Notes: generated from the sequence alone by a model not told the origin. A stretch of 64,000 bases of DNA from Oscillospiraceae bacterium (GCA_902799075.1 CADBYZ010000004.1:1294-65293), one strand, 5' to 3'. Positions 53,401 to 63,245 are shown, numbered from the stretch's first letter. Program-made: numbers and translations.

Positions 53401-54530
53401 CAAAGAACAAAAGCTTCCTCGACATCATTTCGGAAAACCGCTTCATCCATATCCTGCTGTCCATCCTGCTGGGCTTTCTGGTGGGCGCGGTGTTCCTTGT
53501 GATCATGAATCTTTCCGTGAGCGCAGCCTATGGAAGGCTCATTAACAGCGTAACCAGTCTCAAGGGCTTTTCCTACGTCATCGTCTACTCGGTGCCCTAC
53601 ATCGTGGCGGGCCTGTCGGTGGCCTTCTCGTTCAAGACCGGCGTTTTCAACATCGGCGCTGAGGGCCAGTTTGTGGTCGGCTCCATGGCGGCGGTGTGCA
53701 CCGGCATCCTTGCGGGTAATCTCCCCAAGCCCGTGCTCATTCCCCTGTGCTTTCTCGCCGCGATGGCGGCAGGCGCTCTCTGGGGCATCATCGTCGGCGT
53801 GCTCAAGACCAAATGGGGCATCAACGAAGTGCTGTCCATGATCATGTTCAACTGGATCGCCTTTTATCTCTCCAACTTCATTGCCGGCATTCCCGCCATC
53901 AAAAACGACGGTTCTGCCGAGGCCACCAAGAACATTTCCGACAACGCGAGCCTTCTTTTCTCCAAGGATTTCATCAAGAGCGCCGGGCTCGCCCCGACGG
54001 CAAACTGGGGCTTCATCATTGCGATCATCGCGACGCTGCTCGTCTGGTTCATCATTGAAAAGACCACCTTGGGCTTTGAACTCAAGGCGGTCGGCTCCAA
54101 CAAATTTGCGGCCGAGTACGCCGGCATTAACGTCAACCGCTCCATCCTTACGGCGCTGGCCATCTCCGGCGCTCTTGCCGGACTGGCGGGCGCGCTTCAA
54201 GTCATGGGCATGGGCAAGCGTATCTCCATCTTTACGAGTCAGGAGGGCTTCGGCTTTGCGGGCATCGTCGTGGCCCTGATCGGCTGCTCCAATCCCTTCG
54301 GCGTGCTGGTGGCCGGTCTCTTCTACGGCGCGCTGATGTACGGCGGCAGCAAGCTGAATCTGGAAGGTGTTCCCACCCAGCTCATCAACGTCATCGTCGG
54401 CACCGTCGTTTTCTTCATCGCCATCTCCGTGATCTTTGAAAACCTCAAGCGCTTCAAGTCCCGCTCGAACCGCAACGCGGAGGCGGCAGCCATCAAAAAA
54501 GCAGAAGAGAAGGAGGGCAATAAGAAATGA
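53397..54530 (+). CDS. ABC transporter permease (NupP/RnsC-like)
   Basis: Polytopic. Overlaps the ATPase stop by 4 nt. Confidence 0.88.
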   Translation: MTKNKSFLDIISENRFIHILLSILLGFLVGAVFLVIMNLSVSAAYGRLINSVTSLKGFSYVIVYSVPYIVAGLSVAFSFKTGVFNIGAEGQFVVGSMAAVCTGILAGNLPKPVLIPLCFLAAMAAGALWGIIVGVLKTKWGINEVLSMIMFNWIAFYLSNFIAGIPAIKNDGSAEATKNISDNASLLFSKDFIKSAGLAPTANWGFIIAIIATLLVWFIIEKTTLGFELKAVGSNKFAAEYAGINVNRSILTALAISGALAGLAGALQVMGMGKRISIFTSQEGFGFAGIVVALIGCSNPFGVLVAGLFYGALMYGGSKLNLEGVPTQLINVIVGTVVFFIAISVIFENLKRFKSRSNRNAEAAAIKKAEEKEGNKK

Positions 54531-55471
54531 CGAACTTCATCAACACCCTGGGTATCATTCTCTTTGCCACGCTGGCCTACTCCACCCCGCTGCTGTACGG
54601 CGCACTCGGCTCCTGCTTTTCGGAGGTCTCGGGCGTGGTCAACATCGGCATTGAGGGCATGATGACCGCCGGCGCCTTTACCGGCACCGTCATCGCCTAC
54701 TTTACCGGAAACCCCTGGATCGGTTTTCTCTGCGGCGGTCTCGCGGGCGCGTTCTTCGGCATGCTCCACGCCATCGCCACCGTCAATCTCGGCGCGGACC
54801 AGACCATTGCCGGCACCGCCATCAACATGCTCGGCCCCGGCATCGTGATCATGCTCGCCAAGGTTATGTTCAACTCCACCGACACCATTCCCCTGTCTGC
54901 CACCCAGAAAATGCCCAAGCTGTTTTCCGGTCTGTTTGACACCGCGACGACCTTCGGGCGTTTCATGGACAACGTCTTCGCCACCTATGCCTCTACCTAT
55001 CTGGTGTTTATCGCGGTTTTGATCGTGTGGTTCGTATTCTACAAGACCCGCTTCGGCCTGCGCCTTCGCGCCTGCGGCGAGCATCCCCAGGCCTGTGAGA
55101 CCCTGGGCATCAACGTCATTGCCATGCGCTTTGCCTGCGTGTGCATCTCGGGCTTTCTGGCGGGCCTCGGCGGCGCCTGTGTCACCATGACGCTCTCCAC
55201 CCAGTTTAAGCCCATCTCCATCGTCGGCCAGGGCTTTATCGCCATCGCGGCGGTCATCTTCGGCAAGTTCCGCCCCCAGGGCGCGCTGCTGGGCTGCCTG
55301 CTGTTCGGCTTCTGCTCCGGCCTCAAGGTGGTGCTGGGCGGCTCGTCCGGCGTGAACATGCACCTCATCTCCATGATCCCCTATGTGGTCACGGTCATCG
55401 TGCTGGTGCTGTTCGTGGGCAAGTCCCGCGTCCCCGCCGCCAACGGCAAGCCCTATATCAAAGCCAAGTAA
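54527..55471 (+). CDS. ABC transporter permease (NupQ/RnsD-like)
   Basis: Polytopic. Overlaps the upstream stop by 4 nt. Confidence 0.88.
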   Translation: MTNFINTLGIILFATLAYSTPLLYGALGSCFSEVSGVVNIGIEGMMTAGAFTGTVIAYFTGNPWIGFLCGGLAGAFFGMLHAIATVNLGADQTIAGTAINMLGPGIVIMLAKVMFNSTDTIPLSATQKMPKLFSGLFDTATTFGRFMDNVFATYASTYLVFIAVLIVWFVFYKTRFGLRLRACGEHPQACETLGINVIAMRFACVCISGFLAGLGGACVTMTLSTQFKPISIVGQGFIAIAAVIFGKFRPQGALLGCLLFGFCSGLKVVLGGSSGVNMHLISMIPYVVTVIVLVLFVGKSRVPAANGKPYIKAK

Positions 55472-55518
55472 GCGAAGCCTCAGCATCTGTACGATACCAC
55501 TCAGAGGCGGTCAGCTCT

Positions 55519-55573
55519 ACCTCATCCGCCCCAGTGTTGCGACACTGGGGCACCTTCTCCTCAAGGAGAAGGC
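55519..55573. repeat. family C hairpin modules, copy C4
   Basis: CCCCAGTGT-tgcg-ACACTGGGG, then CCTTCTCC-tcaa-GGAGAAGG. Shares its core with 42066-42162. Confidence 0.7.
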
Positions 55574-55620
55574 TTTTATAACATGTTTCCCGTCAAAAAA
55601 GCTATTTACAGGAGTAAATT

Positions 55621-56493
55621 ATGAATCAGTATCTTGACATTTCCCCCGAAGTGAAGGCCGCGCTCATCTCCCACGGCATGCCCTACCCCAAGAACGTGGA
55701 AACCGCGCTTTTAGTCGAGCAGACCATCCGCGATAACGGCGCAACTCCCGCCACCATCGCCGTCATCGGCGGCAGGCTCAAGGCGGGCCTTACCCGTGAG
55801 GAGATCGAATACCTCGGCAAGACCGGGCGCGGCGTTGCCAAGGCCAGCCGCCGCGATCTGCCCGCGCTGGTAGCGAGAAAGGCCGACGGCGCCACCACCG
55901 TCACCACCACCATGATCATCGCCCACATGGCGGGCATCAAAATCTTCGCCACCGGCGGCATCGGTGGTGTGCACCGCGGCGCGGAAACGACCATGGACAT
56001 CTCCGCCGACCTCGAGGAGCTTGCCCAGACGCCGGTCATGGTGGTTTGCGCGGGCGCAAAGTCCATCCTCGATCTCGGCCTCACGCTCGAGTACCTCGAG
56101 ACCAAGGGTGTGCCCGTGATCGGCTACGGCACCGACGAGCTGCCCGCCTTCTATACCCGCAAGTCGGGCTTTGGGGTCGATTACCGCGTGGACTCCCCCG
56201 AGGAGCTGGCCGCCATGTTCCGCGCCCAGCGCGGTCTCGGCTACAAGGGCGGCATGCTGGTCACGAATCCCATCCCCGAGGAGTACGCCATGGACAAGGC
56301 GACCATCGACGCCGCCATCGAGCAGGCGCTCTCTGAGGCCAAGGCCCAGGGCATCCACGGCAAGGAGACCACCCCCTTCTTACTTGCCAAGGTCGTGGAG
56401 CTCACCGGCGGGGACAGCCTCGAGTCCAACATCAAGCTGGTGCTCAATAACGCGAAGGTCGCAGCCCAGACCGCAAAGCTGCTGGGAGAATAA
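55621..56493 (+). CDS. psuG: pseudouridine-5'-phosphate glycosidase, N-terminally shortened
   Basis: [39 protein letters not shown]. The usual segment preceding ISHGMP (..[10 protein letters not shown]) is absent. Confidence 0.85.
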   Translation: MNQYLDISPEVKAALISHGMPYPKNVETALLVEQTIRDNGATPATIAVIGGRLKAGLTREEIEYLGKTGRGVAKASRRDLPALVARKADGATTVTTTMIIAHMAGIKIFATGGIGGVHRGAETTMDISADLEELAQTPVMVVCAGAKSILDLGLTLEYLETKGVPVIGYGTDELPAFYTRKSGFGVDYRVDSPEELAAMFRAQRGLGYKGGMLVTNPIPEEYAMDKATIDAAIEQALSEAKAQGIHGKETTPFLLAKVVELTGGDSLESNIKLVLNNAKVAAQTAKLLGE

Positions 56494-56596
56494 GCTGCTT
56501 TATCGCTCAGAGGCTGTTGCCTGCGTAATGCGCAGGTCATGTCTTTTGAGCAACAACACTATAAGAATCCAAGTAATACTTTTTCTGGAGCTTGCT

Positions 56597-58630
56597 ATGG
56601 AAAACAACGTCCTTGTCTCGATCTGCTGTCTGGCCTACAACCATGAAAAATACCTCCGCGATACGCTGGAGGGTTTTCTCATGCAGAAGGTGGACTTCCC
56701 CATCGAGATCCTTATCAACGACGACGCCTCCACCGATCACACGGCGGAGATCATGCGCGAATATGAAGCGAAGTACCCAGGGCTCATCCGCGCCTTTTAC
56801 CAGCCGGTGAACCTCTATTCCCAGGGCAAGGACCTGTGTCTGGAGGTGCTCTACCCCCAGGCCCGCGGCAAGTACATCGCCCTGTGCGAGGGGGACGACT
56901 ACTGGACGCATCCGAACAAGCTCCAGCGCCAGGTGGACTGGCTCGAGGCGCACCCGGAATACTCCGCTTGCGTGCATGACACCATGCTGCACTACTGCGG
57001 CGGCGACGGGAAGAAGGACAGGCCGCTCTTAAACCATCCCGCCGACTGCGACGTGCGCTTTGAGGATCTGTGCAACGGCATGTCCTACTCCTTCCACACA
57101 AGCTCCGTCGTTGCGAAAAAATCCATCATCGCAAACCCGCAGGACTTTTTCTTTGTGGGCCTGCGCTACGGCTTCGGCGACCATCCGGACGGACTGTGGC
57201 TGTACGTAAACGGCCCCATCCGCTGCTTCAAGGAGTGCATGTCGGTCTACCGCATCCACTCGGGCAGCGCCTCCTGGAGCGCGGCGGTGGACGGAGAGTA
57301 CGACAAGCTGCGGGAGTTCATCATCGGCAAGCTCGAGCTGCTGCGCGCCTTCCGGCCCTGGGCCCCGAAGGACAGGCTGGACGTGGTGGACAGGGCGATC
57401 CTCGAAAAGGAATTTGAGCTCATGTACATCGAGGGCCGGGACGCCGACCAGCGCAAGCCGCCCTACGACGAGATCCTGGCTTCCAAGCCCCTGGCCTACC
57501 GCGCCAAAAACGAGCTCAAGACCCTCTTCCCCGCCATCCAGCGGCGCTACCGCGAAAAGCGCGGCTACACCACCGCGCGCTTCGGCGAGCTGCCGATGCG
57601 GCCGCTTTCCCTTGAAAATCTGCGGAAGCTGCCTTATGACGACTATCCCGGCACAACCGTCTCGGACGCGTGCCTGGTGTCGGTCTTCTGCACCGCCTAT
57701 AACCACGAGGCCTTTCTGCGCGACGCGCTGGACGGCTTTGTCAACCAGCGCACCCGCTTCCGCTACGAGGTGCTGGTAAACGACGATGTATCCACCGACT
57801 CCACCCGCGACATCATCCGCGAGTACGCCGAAAAGTACCCGGACATCATCCGCCCCTTCTATCAGGAAAAGAACCTCTATTCCCAGAAGATCGACGTCTA
57901 CCGGACCGTCTTCTTCCCCAACGCCCGCGGCAAATACGTCGCCTACTGCGAGGGTGACGACTACTGGACCGACCCCACGAAGCTCCAGCGCCAGGTGGAC
58001 TGGCTGGAGGCGCACCCGGAGTGCTCCGCGTGCGTGCACAATACGGTCCTTGAGTACTGCGGCGACGGGCACATCGAGCCGCTGCTGGACCGCTACGAGG
58101 GCAGCGTGGACTTTTCCAACATTGTCCCCGGCATGCCGGGCGCCTATCATACGAGCTCTCTGGTTGCCAGAAAGGACATTCTCGACCAGGCTACGGACTT
58201 TTACGAGGTTGCCTGCAAGTACGATTTCGGCGACTACCCCGAGGCACTGTGGCTGCGTCTCAACGGCACGATCCACTTCCTCGACCGCTTCATGTCCGTC
58301 TACCGCGTCAACTCCAACGCGAGCGCCTGGAGCACCGGCGTGGACGGGCAGTACGACAAGCTGCGGCTTTTCATCACCGGCAGGATCGAGATGCTGCGCG
58401 CCTTCCGGCCCCACGCGCCCCAGGAGGTGCGGGAGCTTGTCGACCGCACGATCCGCGACTACGAGTTCGAGCTCATGTATATCGAGGGCCGGGACCGCGA
58501 ACAGCGCAAAGCCCCTTACGACAAGCTGCTCCGGGCCAAGCCCTTTGACTACCAGCTCAAGAATTTCGTCAAATGCACGCTGCCCGGCATCCAGCGCCTG
58601 CACCGCAAAAAACGCGGGTACGGAGATTAA
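56597..58630 (+). CDS. tandem GT2-GT2 fusion glycosyltransferase
   Basis: Track ORF 56171.. trimmed to the ATG at 56597 (MENNVLVSICCLAYNHEKYL). Two paralogous halves of about 335 aa each carry NDD(A/V)STD and CEGDDYW. Confidence 0.85.
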   Translation: MENNVLVSICCLAYNHEKYLRDTLEGFLMQKVDFPIEILINDDASTDHTAEIMREYEAKYPGLIRAFYQPVNLYSQGKDLCLEVLYPQARGKYIALCEGDDYWTHPNKLQRQVDWLEAHPEYSACVHDTMLHYCGGDGKKDRPLLNHPADCDVRFEDLCNGMSYSFHTSSVVAKKSIIANPQDFFFVGLRYGFGDHPDGLWLYVNGPIRCFKECMSVYRIHSGSASWSAAVDGEYDKLREFIIGKLELLRAFRPWAPKDRLDVVDRAILEKEFELMYIEGRDADQRKPPYDEILASKPLAYRAKNELKTLFPAIQRRYREKRGYTTARFGELPMRPLSLENLRKLPYDDYPGTTVSDACLVSVFCTAYNHEAFLRDALDGFVNQRTRFRYEVLVNDDVSTDSTRDIIREYAEKYPDIIRPFYQEKNLYSQKIDVYRTVFFPNARGKYVAYCEGDDYWTDPTKLQRQVDWLEAHPECSACVHNTVLEYCGDGHIEPLLDRYEGSVDFSNIVPGMPGAYHTSSLVARKDILDQATDFYEVACKYDFGDYPEALWLRLNGTIHFLDRFMSVYRVNSNASAWSTGVDGQYDKLRLFITGRIEMLRAFRPHAPQEVRELVDRTIRDYEFELMYIEGRDREQRKAPYDKLLRAKPFDYQLKNFVKCTLPGIQRLHRKKRGYGD

Positions 58631-58657
58631 CCAGACTTTTCGGGAGACCTCTCTCTT

Positions 58658-60112
58658 ATGGATAAAAAGCAATCCGTCATCACCAATTTCATATGGCGGC
58701 TCATGGAGCGCGGCGGCACCTATGTGGTAAACTTCGCGGTGTCCGTGGTGCTGGCGCGGCTGCTGGCGCCGCAGCTCTACGGCAGCATTGCCCTGGTCAC
58801 GGCCATCACCTCCATCTTGCAGGTGTTCGTGGACAGCGGCATGGCAAACTCCCTCATCCAGAAAAAGGACACGGACGATCTGGACTACTCCTCCGTCTTC
58901 TATTTTAACCTCGTTTTCTGTCTGGTGCTGTACCTGGGGCTGTTCCTCGCGGCCCCGCTCATCGGGCGCATTTATAAAGACATGTCGCTGGTGCCCGTGG
59001 TGCGGGTGCTGGGGCTTACGATCGTGGTGTCCGGCGTCAAGAACGTGCAGCAGGCGTATGTGGCCAAGACCATGCAGTTTCGCCGCTTCTTCTTCGCCAC
59101 CCTCGGCGGCACGCTCTTCTCCGCCGTGGTGGGCATCACGCTCGCCTGCCTCGGCTACGGCGTGTGGGCGCTGGTGTTCCAGCAGCTCGTGAACGTCACG
59201 GTCAACACCGCCATCCTCTGGCTCACGGTGGGCTGGCGGCCCAAGCCCGTCTTCTCCTGGCAGAGACTCGGCGGGCTCATCTCCTACGGCTGGAAGCTGC
59301 TGATTTCCCAGCTTCTGGACACGGCCTATCTGAAGCTCTATCAGTTCATCATCGGCCTGCGCTACTCCACCGCCGATCTCGCCTACTATAACCGGGCCGA
59401 GCAGTTTCCGAACCTCATCATGGAAAACGTGAACGCCTCCCTCGACAGCGTGCTGCTGCCGGTCCTGTCTTCGGAGCAGGACGACATCGAGCGCGTGAGG
59501 GAGATGACGCGGCGGGCCATCCGGGTGAGCACCTATGTGCTGATGCCGCTGATGGCGGGACTCGCCGTGTGCGCAGAGCCGCTGGTGCGCCTGCTGCTGA
59601 CGGAGAAGTGGATGCCAAGCGTTCCGTACATGCAGCTGTTTTGCCTGTACTACGCCCTCTGGCCCCTGCACACGGCAAACCTCAACGCCATCAAGGCCAC
59701 CGGGCACAGCGGCATCTTCCTGTATCTCGAGATCATCAAGAAGGTGCTGGAGACCGCCGTGCTGCTCGTCACGATGCGCTACGGCGTCATGGCGATCATG
59801 CTGGGGCTTTTGTTCAACGGCTTTGCGTCCGTCATTATCAACGCCTGGCCCAACGGAAAGCTCCTGCATTATACGATCCCCCAGCAGCTCAGGGACGCCG
59901 CCCCGGCGATGCTCCTGTCGCTTGCGATGGGCGCGCTTATCCTGCCCGTGACCTGGACGGGGCTTTCCGATTTCGTGAAGCTTCTCATCATGGTGCCGGC
60001 GGGCGCGGCCCTCTATGTGGGCGGCTCGATCCTCTTCAAGGTGGACAGCTTCCGCTACATCTGGGAGATCGTACAGAAAATCCTGCACCGCGGAAAGGAA
60101 GAAACCGCATGA
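58658..60112 (+). CDS. Wzx-type polysaccharide flippase (MOP superfamily)
   Basis: 484 aa, about 12-14 TM helices. The N-terminus FIWRLMERGGTYVVNFAVSVVLARLLAPQLYG is typical of the polysacc_synt family. Confidence 0.85.
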   Translation: MDKKQSVITNFIWRLMERGGTYVVNFAVSVVLARLLAPQLYGSIALVTAITSILQVFVDSGMANSLIQKKDTDDLDYSSVFYFNLVFCLVLYLGLFLAAPLIGRIYKDMSLVPVVRVLGLTIVVSGVKNVQQAYVAKTMQFRRFFFATLGGTLFSAVVGITLACLGYGVWALVFQQLVNVTVNTAILWLTVGWRPKPVFSWQRLGGLISYGWKLLISQLLDTAYLKLYQFIIGLRYSTADLAYYNRAEQFPNLIMENVNASLDSVLLPVLSSEQDDIERVREMTRRAIRVSTYVLMPLMAGLAVCAEPLVRLLLTEKWMPSVPYMQLFCLYYALWPLHTANLNAIKATGHSGIFLYLEIIKKVLETAVLLVTMRYGVMAIMLGLLFNGFASVIINAWPNGKLLHYTIPQQLRDAAPAMLLSLAMGALILPVTWTGLSDFVKLLIMVPAGAALYVGGSILFKVDSFRYIWEIVQKILHRGKEETA

Positions 60113-61311
60113 ATCAGAAAAAACTGCTGCTGCTCGGCGGGGCGCACTATCTGCGCCCGGTGATCCGGGAGGCCCACGCGCTGGGGCTGCATGTCATCAC
60201 CTGCGACTACCTGCCGGACAACGCCGCCCACAAGCTGAGCGATCAATACCTCAATATCAGCATTCTCGACAAGGACGCCGTTTTGGATGCGGCGCGGGAG
60301 CTTAAGATCGACGGTGTGATGAGCTTTGCCTGCGATCCCGGCGTCGTGACGGCTGCATACGTTGCGGAGAAGCTGGGCCTGCCCTCCCCCGCCTCCTTTG
60401 AATCCACCTGCATTTTGCAGGACAAGGGGCGCTTTCGCGCCTTCCTGCGGGACAACGGCTTCACCGTCCCCTGGGCCCACAGCTATACCGACAGGCAGGC
60501 GGCGCTCGCTGACGCCAAAAACTTCACCTGGCCCTGTATCGTCAAGCCCGTGGACTGCGCGGGCAGCAAGGGCGTCAGGCGCGTGGACAGCTTCTTTGAG
60601 CTGGAGGCCGCCATCGACTATGCCCTCGACTTTTCCCACAGTGGGGCCTTCATCATTGAGCAGTTCATCACCCAGCGGGGCTATTCCTCGGACACGGACT
60701 GCTTCGTGAAGGACGGGGTCCTCTGCTACTGCTCCTTTGATGAGCAGCGCTTCGACCGCGAGGCCGAAAACCCCTATACCCCGGCGGCCTACTCCTGGCC
60801 CTCCGGCATGCCGCAGGAGATCCAGGCGGAGCTCAGATCCGAGCTGCAGCGGCTCATGACCCTGCTCGGCATCACGACCGGCGTCTTCAACATTGAGACC
60901 CGCCAGGGCACCGACGGCCGGGCCTACATCATGGAGTGCACCCCCCGCGGCGGCGGCAACCGTCTGAGCGAGGTGCTGGAAATGGCGACGGGCACAAAAC
61001 TCGTGCAGAACGCGGTGCGGGCCGCGGTCGGCCTGCCGGTGGACGACATGTCCGACCCCGTCTACAAAGGCCACTGGGCCGAGATCATCCTGCACGGCAG
61101 GCAGGCCGGGATCTATCAGTCCGTGCAGATCGACCCCGCGGTCATGCCCTATGTGGTACAGGAGGATTACTGGGTCGCGCCCGGCGAGGAGATCGAGGGC
61201 TTTTCCGGCGCCAACAAGGCCATCGGCACGCTGGTGCTGAACTTCCCCGACCGTGAGACCCTGGAGAAGTATATGTCCGATGATTCCTGGTATCAGGTCA
61301 TTGTCTCATAA
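60109..61311 (+). CDS. ATP-grasp domain ligase 1
   Basis: Its ATG overlaps the wzx TGA (ATGA). KKLLLLGG pre-ATP-grasp domain, WPCIVKPVDCAGSKGV, YIMECTPRGGG. Confidence 0.8.
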   Translation: MNQKKLLLLGGAHYLRPVIREAHALGLHVITCDYLPDNAAHKLSDQYLNISILDKDAVLDAARELKIDGVMSFACDPGVVTAAYVAEKLGLPSPASFESTCILQDKGRFRAFLRDNGFTVPWAHSYTDRQAALADAKNFTWPCIVKPVDCAGSKGVRRVDSFFELEAAIDYALDFSHSGAFIIEQFITQRGYSSDTDCFVKDGVLCYCSFDEQRFDREAENPYTPAAYSWPSGMPQEIQAELRSELQRLMTLLGITTGVFNIETRQGTDGRAYIMECTPRGGGNRLSEVLEMATGTKLVQNAVRAAVGLPVDDMSDPVYKGHWAEIILHGRQAGIYQSVQIDPAVMPYVVQEDYWVAPGEEIEGFSGANKAIGTLVLNFPDRETLEKYMSDDSWYQVIVS

Positions 61312-61341
61312 AATGTACAGAGAACGGAGAAACACGAACAC

Positions 61342-62622
61342 ATGAAGAAACTCTTGATGCTCGGCACCAGCTACGCTTCGCTGCTCATGCTGGACTACGC
61401 GAAGAAGCAGGGCGTGTACACCATTGTCACCGACTATCTGGAGCCCGAGCACTCCCCCGGCAAGCTCAAAGCGGATGAATACTGGATGATCAACACCGGC
61501 GATCTGGACGCGCTGGAAAAAAAGTGCCGCGAGGAAGGCGTGAACGCCGTGGTGTGCGGCATCAGCGAATTTAACCTGGAAATGTGTATGGCGCTGTGCG
61601 CGCGGCTGGGCCTGCCCTGCTACTGCACGCCGGAGGCCTGGCACTACTCCCGCGACAAGGTGGACTACAAGGCCCTGGCGACCAAACTCGGCGCGCCGCT
61701 TGCCGACGACTATTTTCTCTCCGATCCCCCCACGCGCGAGGAGCTGGACAAGGTGAAATACCCCGTGGTTGTAAAGCCCATTGATCTCAGCTGCAACCGC
61801 GGCATCAGCTATTGTCATGACGAGAAGGAGATGCTGGCGGCCTGCGACTACGCGCGCTCCATGTCCAAAAGCCGCAAGCTCGTGGTGGAGCGCATGCTGC
61901 ACGGCGAGGAGTGGTACGGCACCTACGCCCTGGCAGACGGCAAGGTGAGCCTGCTGGGCCTTTGCGCCATGTATGCCCAGCCGGGCTACCCCAAGTTCTG
62001 CTACTCCATCACCTCCACCCTCTCCAACCACGTTGAGGACTTCTGCCGGGACATCAATCCCGCCATCGAGAAGGTCCTGCAGGGCGTGGGCTGCAGGGAG
62101 GGCTACGCCTGGACCCAGGCCATGCTGGACGAGGACGGGCACTTCTACATCATCGAGATGGGCTACCGTCTCGACGGCGACATGATGTTCGTCCCCTTCA
62201 AGGACCTGCTGGGCTTCGACACCATCGCCTGGATCGTGGACTACGCCCTCGGGAAAAAGAACGATCCCGCTGAGCTGCCCCATTCCCAGGAGAAGGCTTT
62301 CAGGCGCGTCGCCACAAGCTATATGCTCTGGACCAACGACAAGGGCGGCACCATCGGCTCCATCGAGGGTCTGGACGAGGTGCGAAGCTTCCCCGGCGTG
62401 ACGGTGGATTCCCTCGCCTGCGTTGGCGACCCGATCCGGCCTTACGGCCCGCTCGGCTGCATTCTCTTCACCACCGACAATGCCGAGGAGATGTTCGACC
62501 TTGTCCGGCGCATCAACGACACCGTGCGCATCAAGAACACCGACGGCGACGATGTGCTCATCTATTACGACGATTTTGACTACCTCAGAGGCGTGTATCA
62601 GGAGGGCCTCGAGGGGAAATAA
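61342..62622 (+). CDS. ATP-grasp domain ligase 2
   Basis: KKLLMLGTS, YPVVVKPIDLSCNRGI, FYIIEMGYRLDGD. Confidence 0.8.
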   Translation: MKKLLMLGTSYASLLMLDYAKKQGVYTIVTDYLEPEHSPGKLKADEYWMINTGDLDALEKKCREEGVNAVVCGISEFNLEMCMALCARLGLPCYCTPEAWHYSRDKVDYKALATKLGAPLADDYFLSDPPTREELDKVKYPVVVKPIDLSCNRGISYCHDEKEMLAACDYARSMSKSRKLVVERMLHGEEWYGTYALADGKVSLLGLCAMYAQPGYPKFCYSITSTLSNHVEDFCRDINPAIEKVLQGVGCREGYAWTQAMLDEDGHFYIIEMGYRLDGDMMFVPFKDLLGFDTIAWIVDYALGKKNDPAELPHSQEKAFRRVATSYMLWTNDKGGTIGSIEGLDEVRSFPGVTVDSLACVGDPIRPYGPLGCILFTTDNAEEMFDLVRRINDTVRIKNTDGDDVLIYYDDFDYLRGVYQEGLEGK

Positions 62623-62642
62623 AATTTTAAGGAGTGTCCGCT

Positions 62643-63245
62643 ATGTTGAGAAAATGGAAAGTGATCGTGCCCCTGGCGCTGACCGCCGCGGGCGCTGTGG
62701 CTTCGGGGCTTGCGGTGCTGATGCAGAAGCTGCCGAAGGACGAGGCCCCCGTTTCTGAGCCTGCCCCCGCGGCGAGGCCCGCCAATCTCCGTACCGGCGT
62801 CTACAGCTTTATCTCCGGCTATCAGGATGCCGCCACCGTGGAGCTGAGCATGGACTACGACCCCGAGAAGTTCAGCTTTGCCATCGTGGAGGATGAGTTT
62901 TTGAACTACTCCAGCGCCTCCCATGTTGCCATCGTCTACGGCGAGGAGTTCAACCTCCAGCTTGAGTACGCGGCCTATTACAGCGGCGAGGACTTTGCCG
63001 CCCACAGCGCCGCCCTGCGGGAAAAGTACAGTGCCTGCAACGCGTACAGCTGCGGTGCGCTGGACGGGCTTTGGGTGCTCGACGGGGACAATGTCGCCAT
63101 GCACTTCCCCATCCCGGACGATCAGCACAGCTATCTGCTGGTCACGGTGCAGAAGACGCCCGGGTACGACGACGAGGTCACGACCCTGCCGGACTACGCG
63201 CCGCTCAGGGAGCTGCTGTCTACGGTGAAATTTACGAGGATCTGA
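62643..63245 (+). CDS. hypothetical membrane-anchored/exported protein
   Basis: ATG at 62643, 8 nt after AAGGAG. N-terminal TM helix (VIVPLALTAAGAVASGLAVLM), then a domain of about 150 aa from an unrecognised family. Confidence 0.55.
   Translation: MLRKWKVIVPLALTAAGAVASGLAVLMQKLPKDEAPVSEPAPAARPANLRTGVYSFISGYQDAATVELSMDYDPEKFSFAIVEDEFLNYSSASHVAIVYGEEFNLQLEYAAYYSGEDFAAHSAALREKYSACNAYSCGALDGLWVLDGDNVAMHFPIPDDQHSYLLVTVQKTPGYDDEVTTLPDYAPLRELLSTVKFTRI

Noticed and set aside
56171-56596. 142-codon extension of the GT2 gene overlapping psuG
   Set aside because: The extension is out of frame with, and overlapping, the well-supported psuG. Its translation is Pro/Arg/Ser-rich nonsense. The GT2 family N-terminus begins at the ATG at 56597.
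57029-60088. 1019-aa ORF on the minus strand, the longest hypothetical ORF in the track
   Set aside because: It lies exactly antisense to the GT2-GT2 and wzx genes, which have clear family motifs. Its translation is Arg/Gly/Ala/Val/His/Asp-rich with no motif, which is the typical shadow ORF of GC-rich coding DNA.
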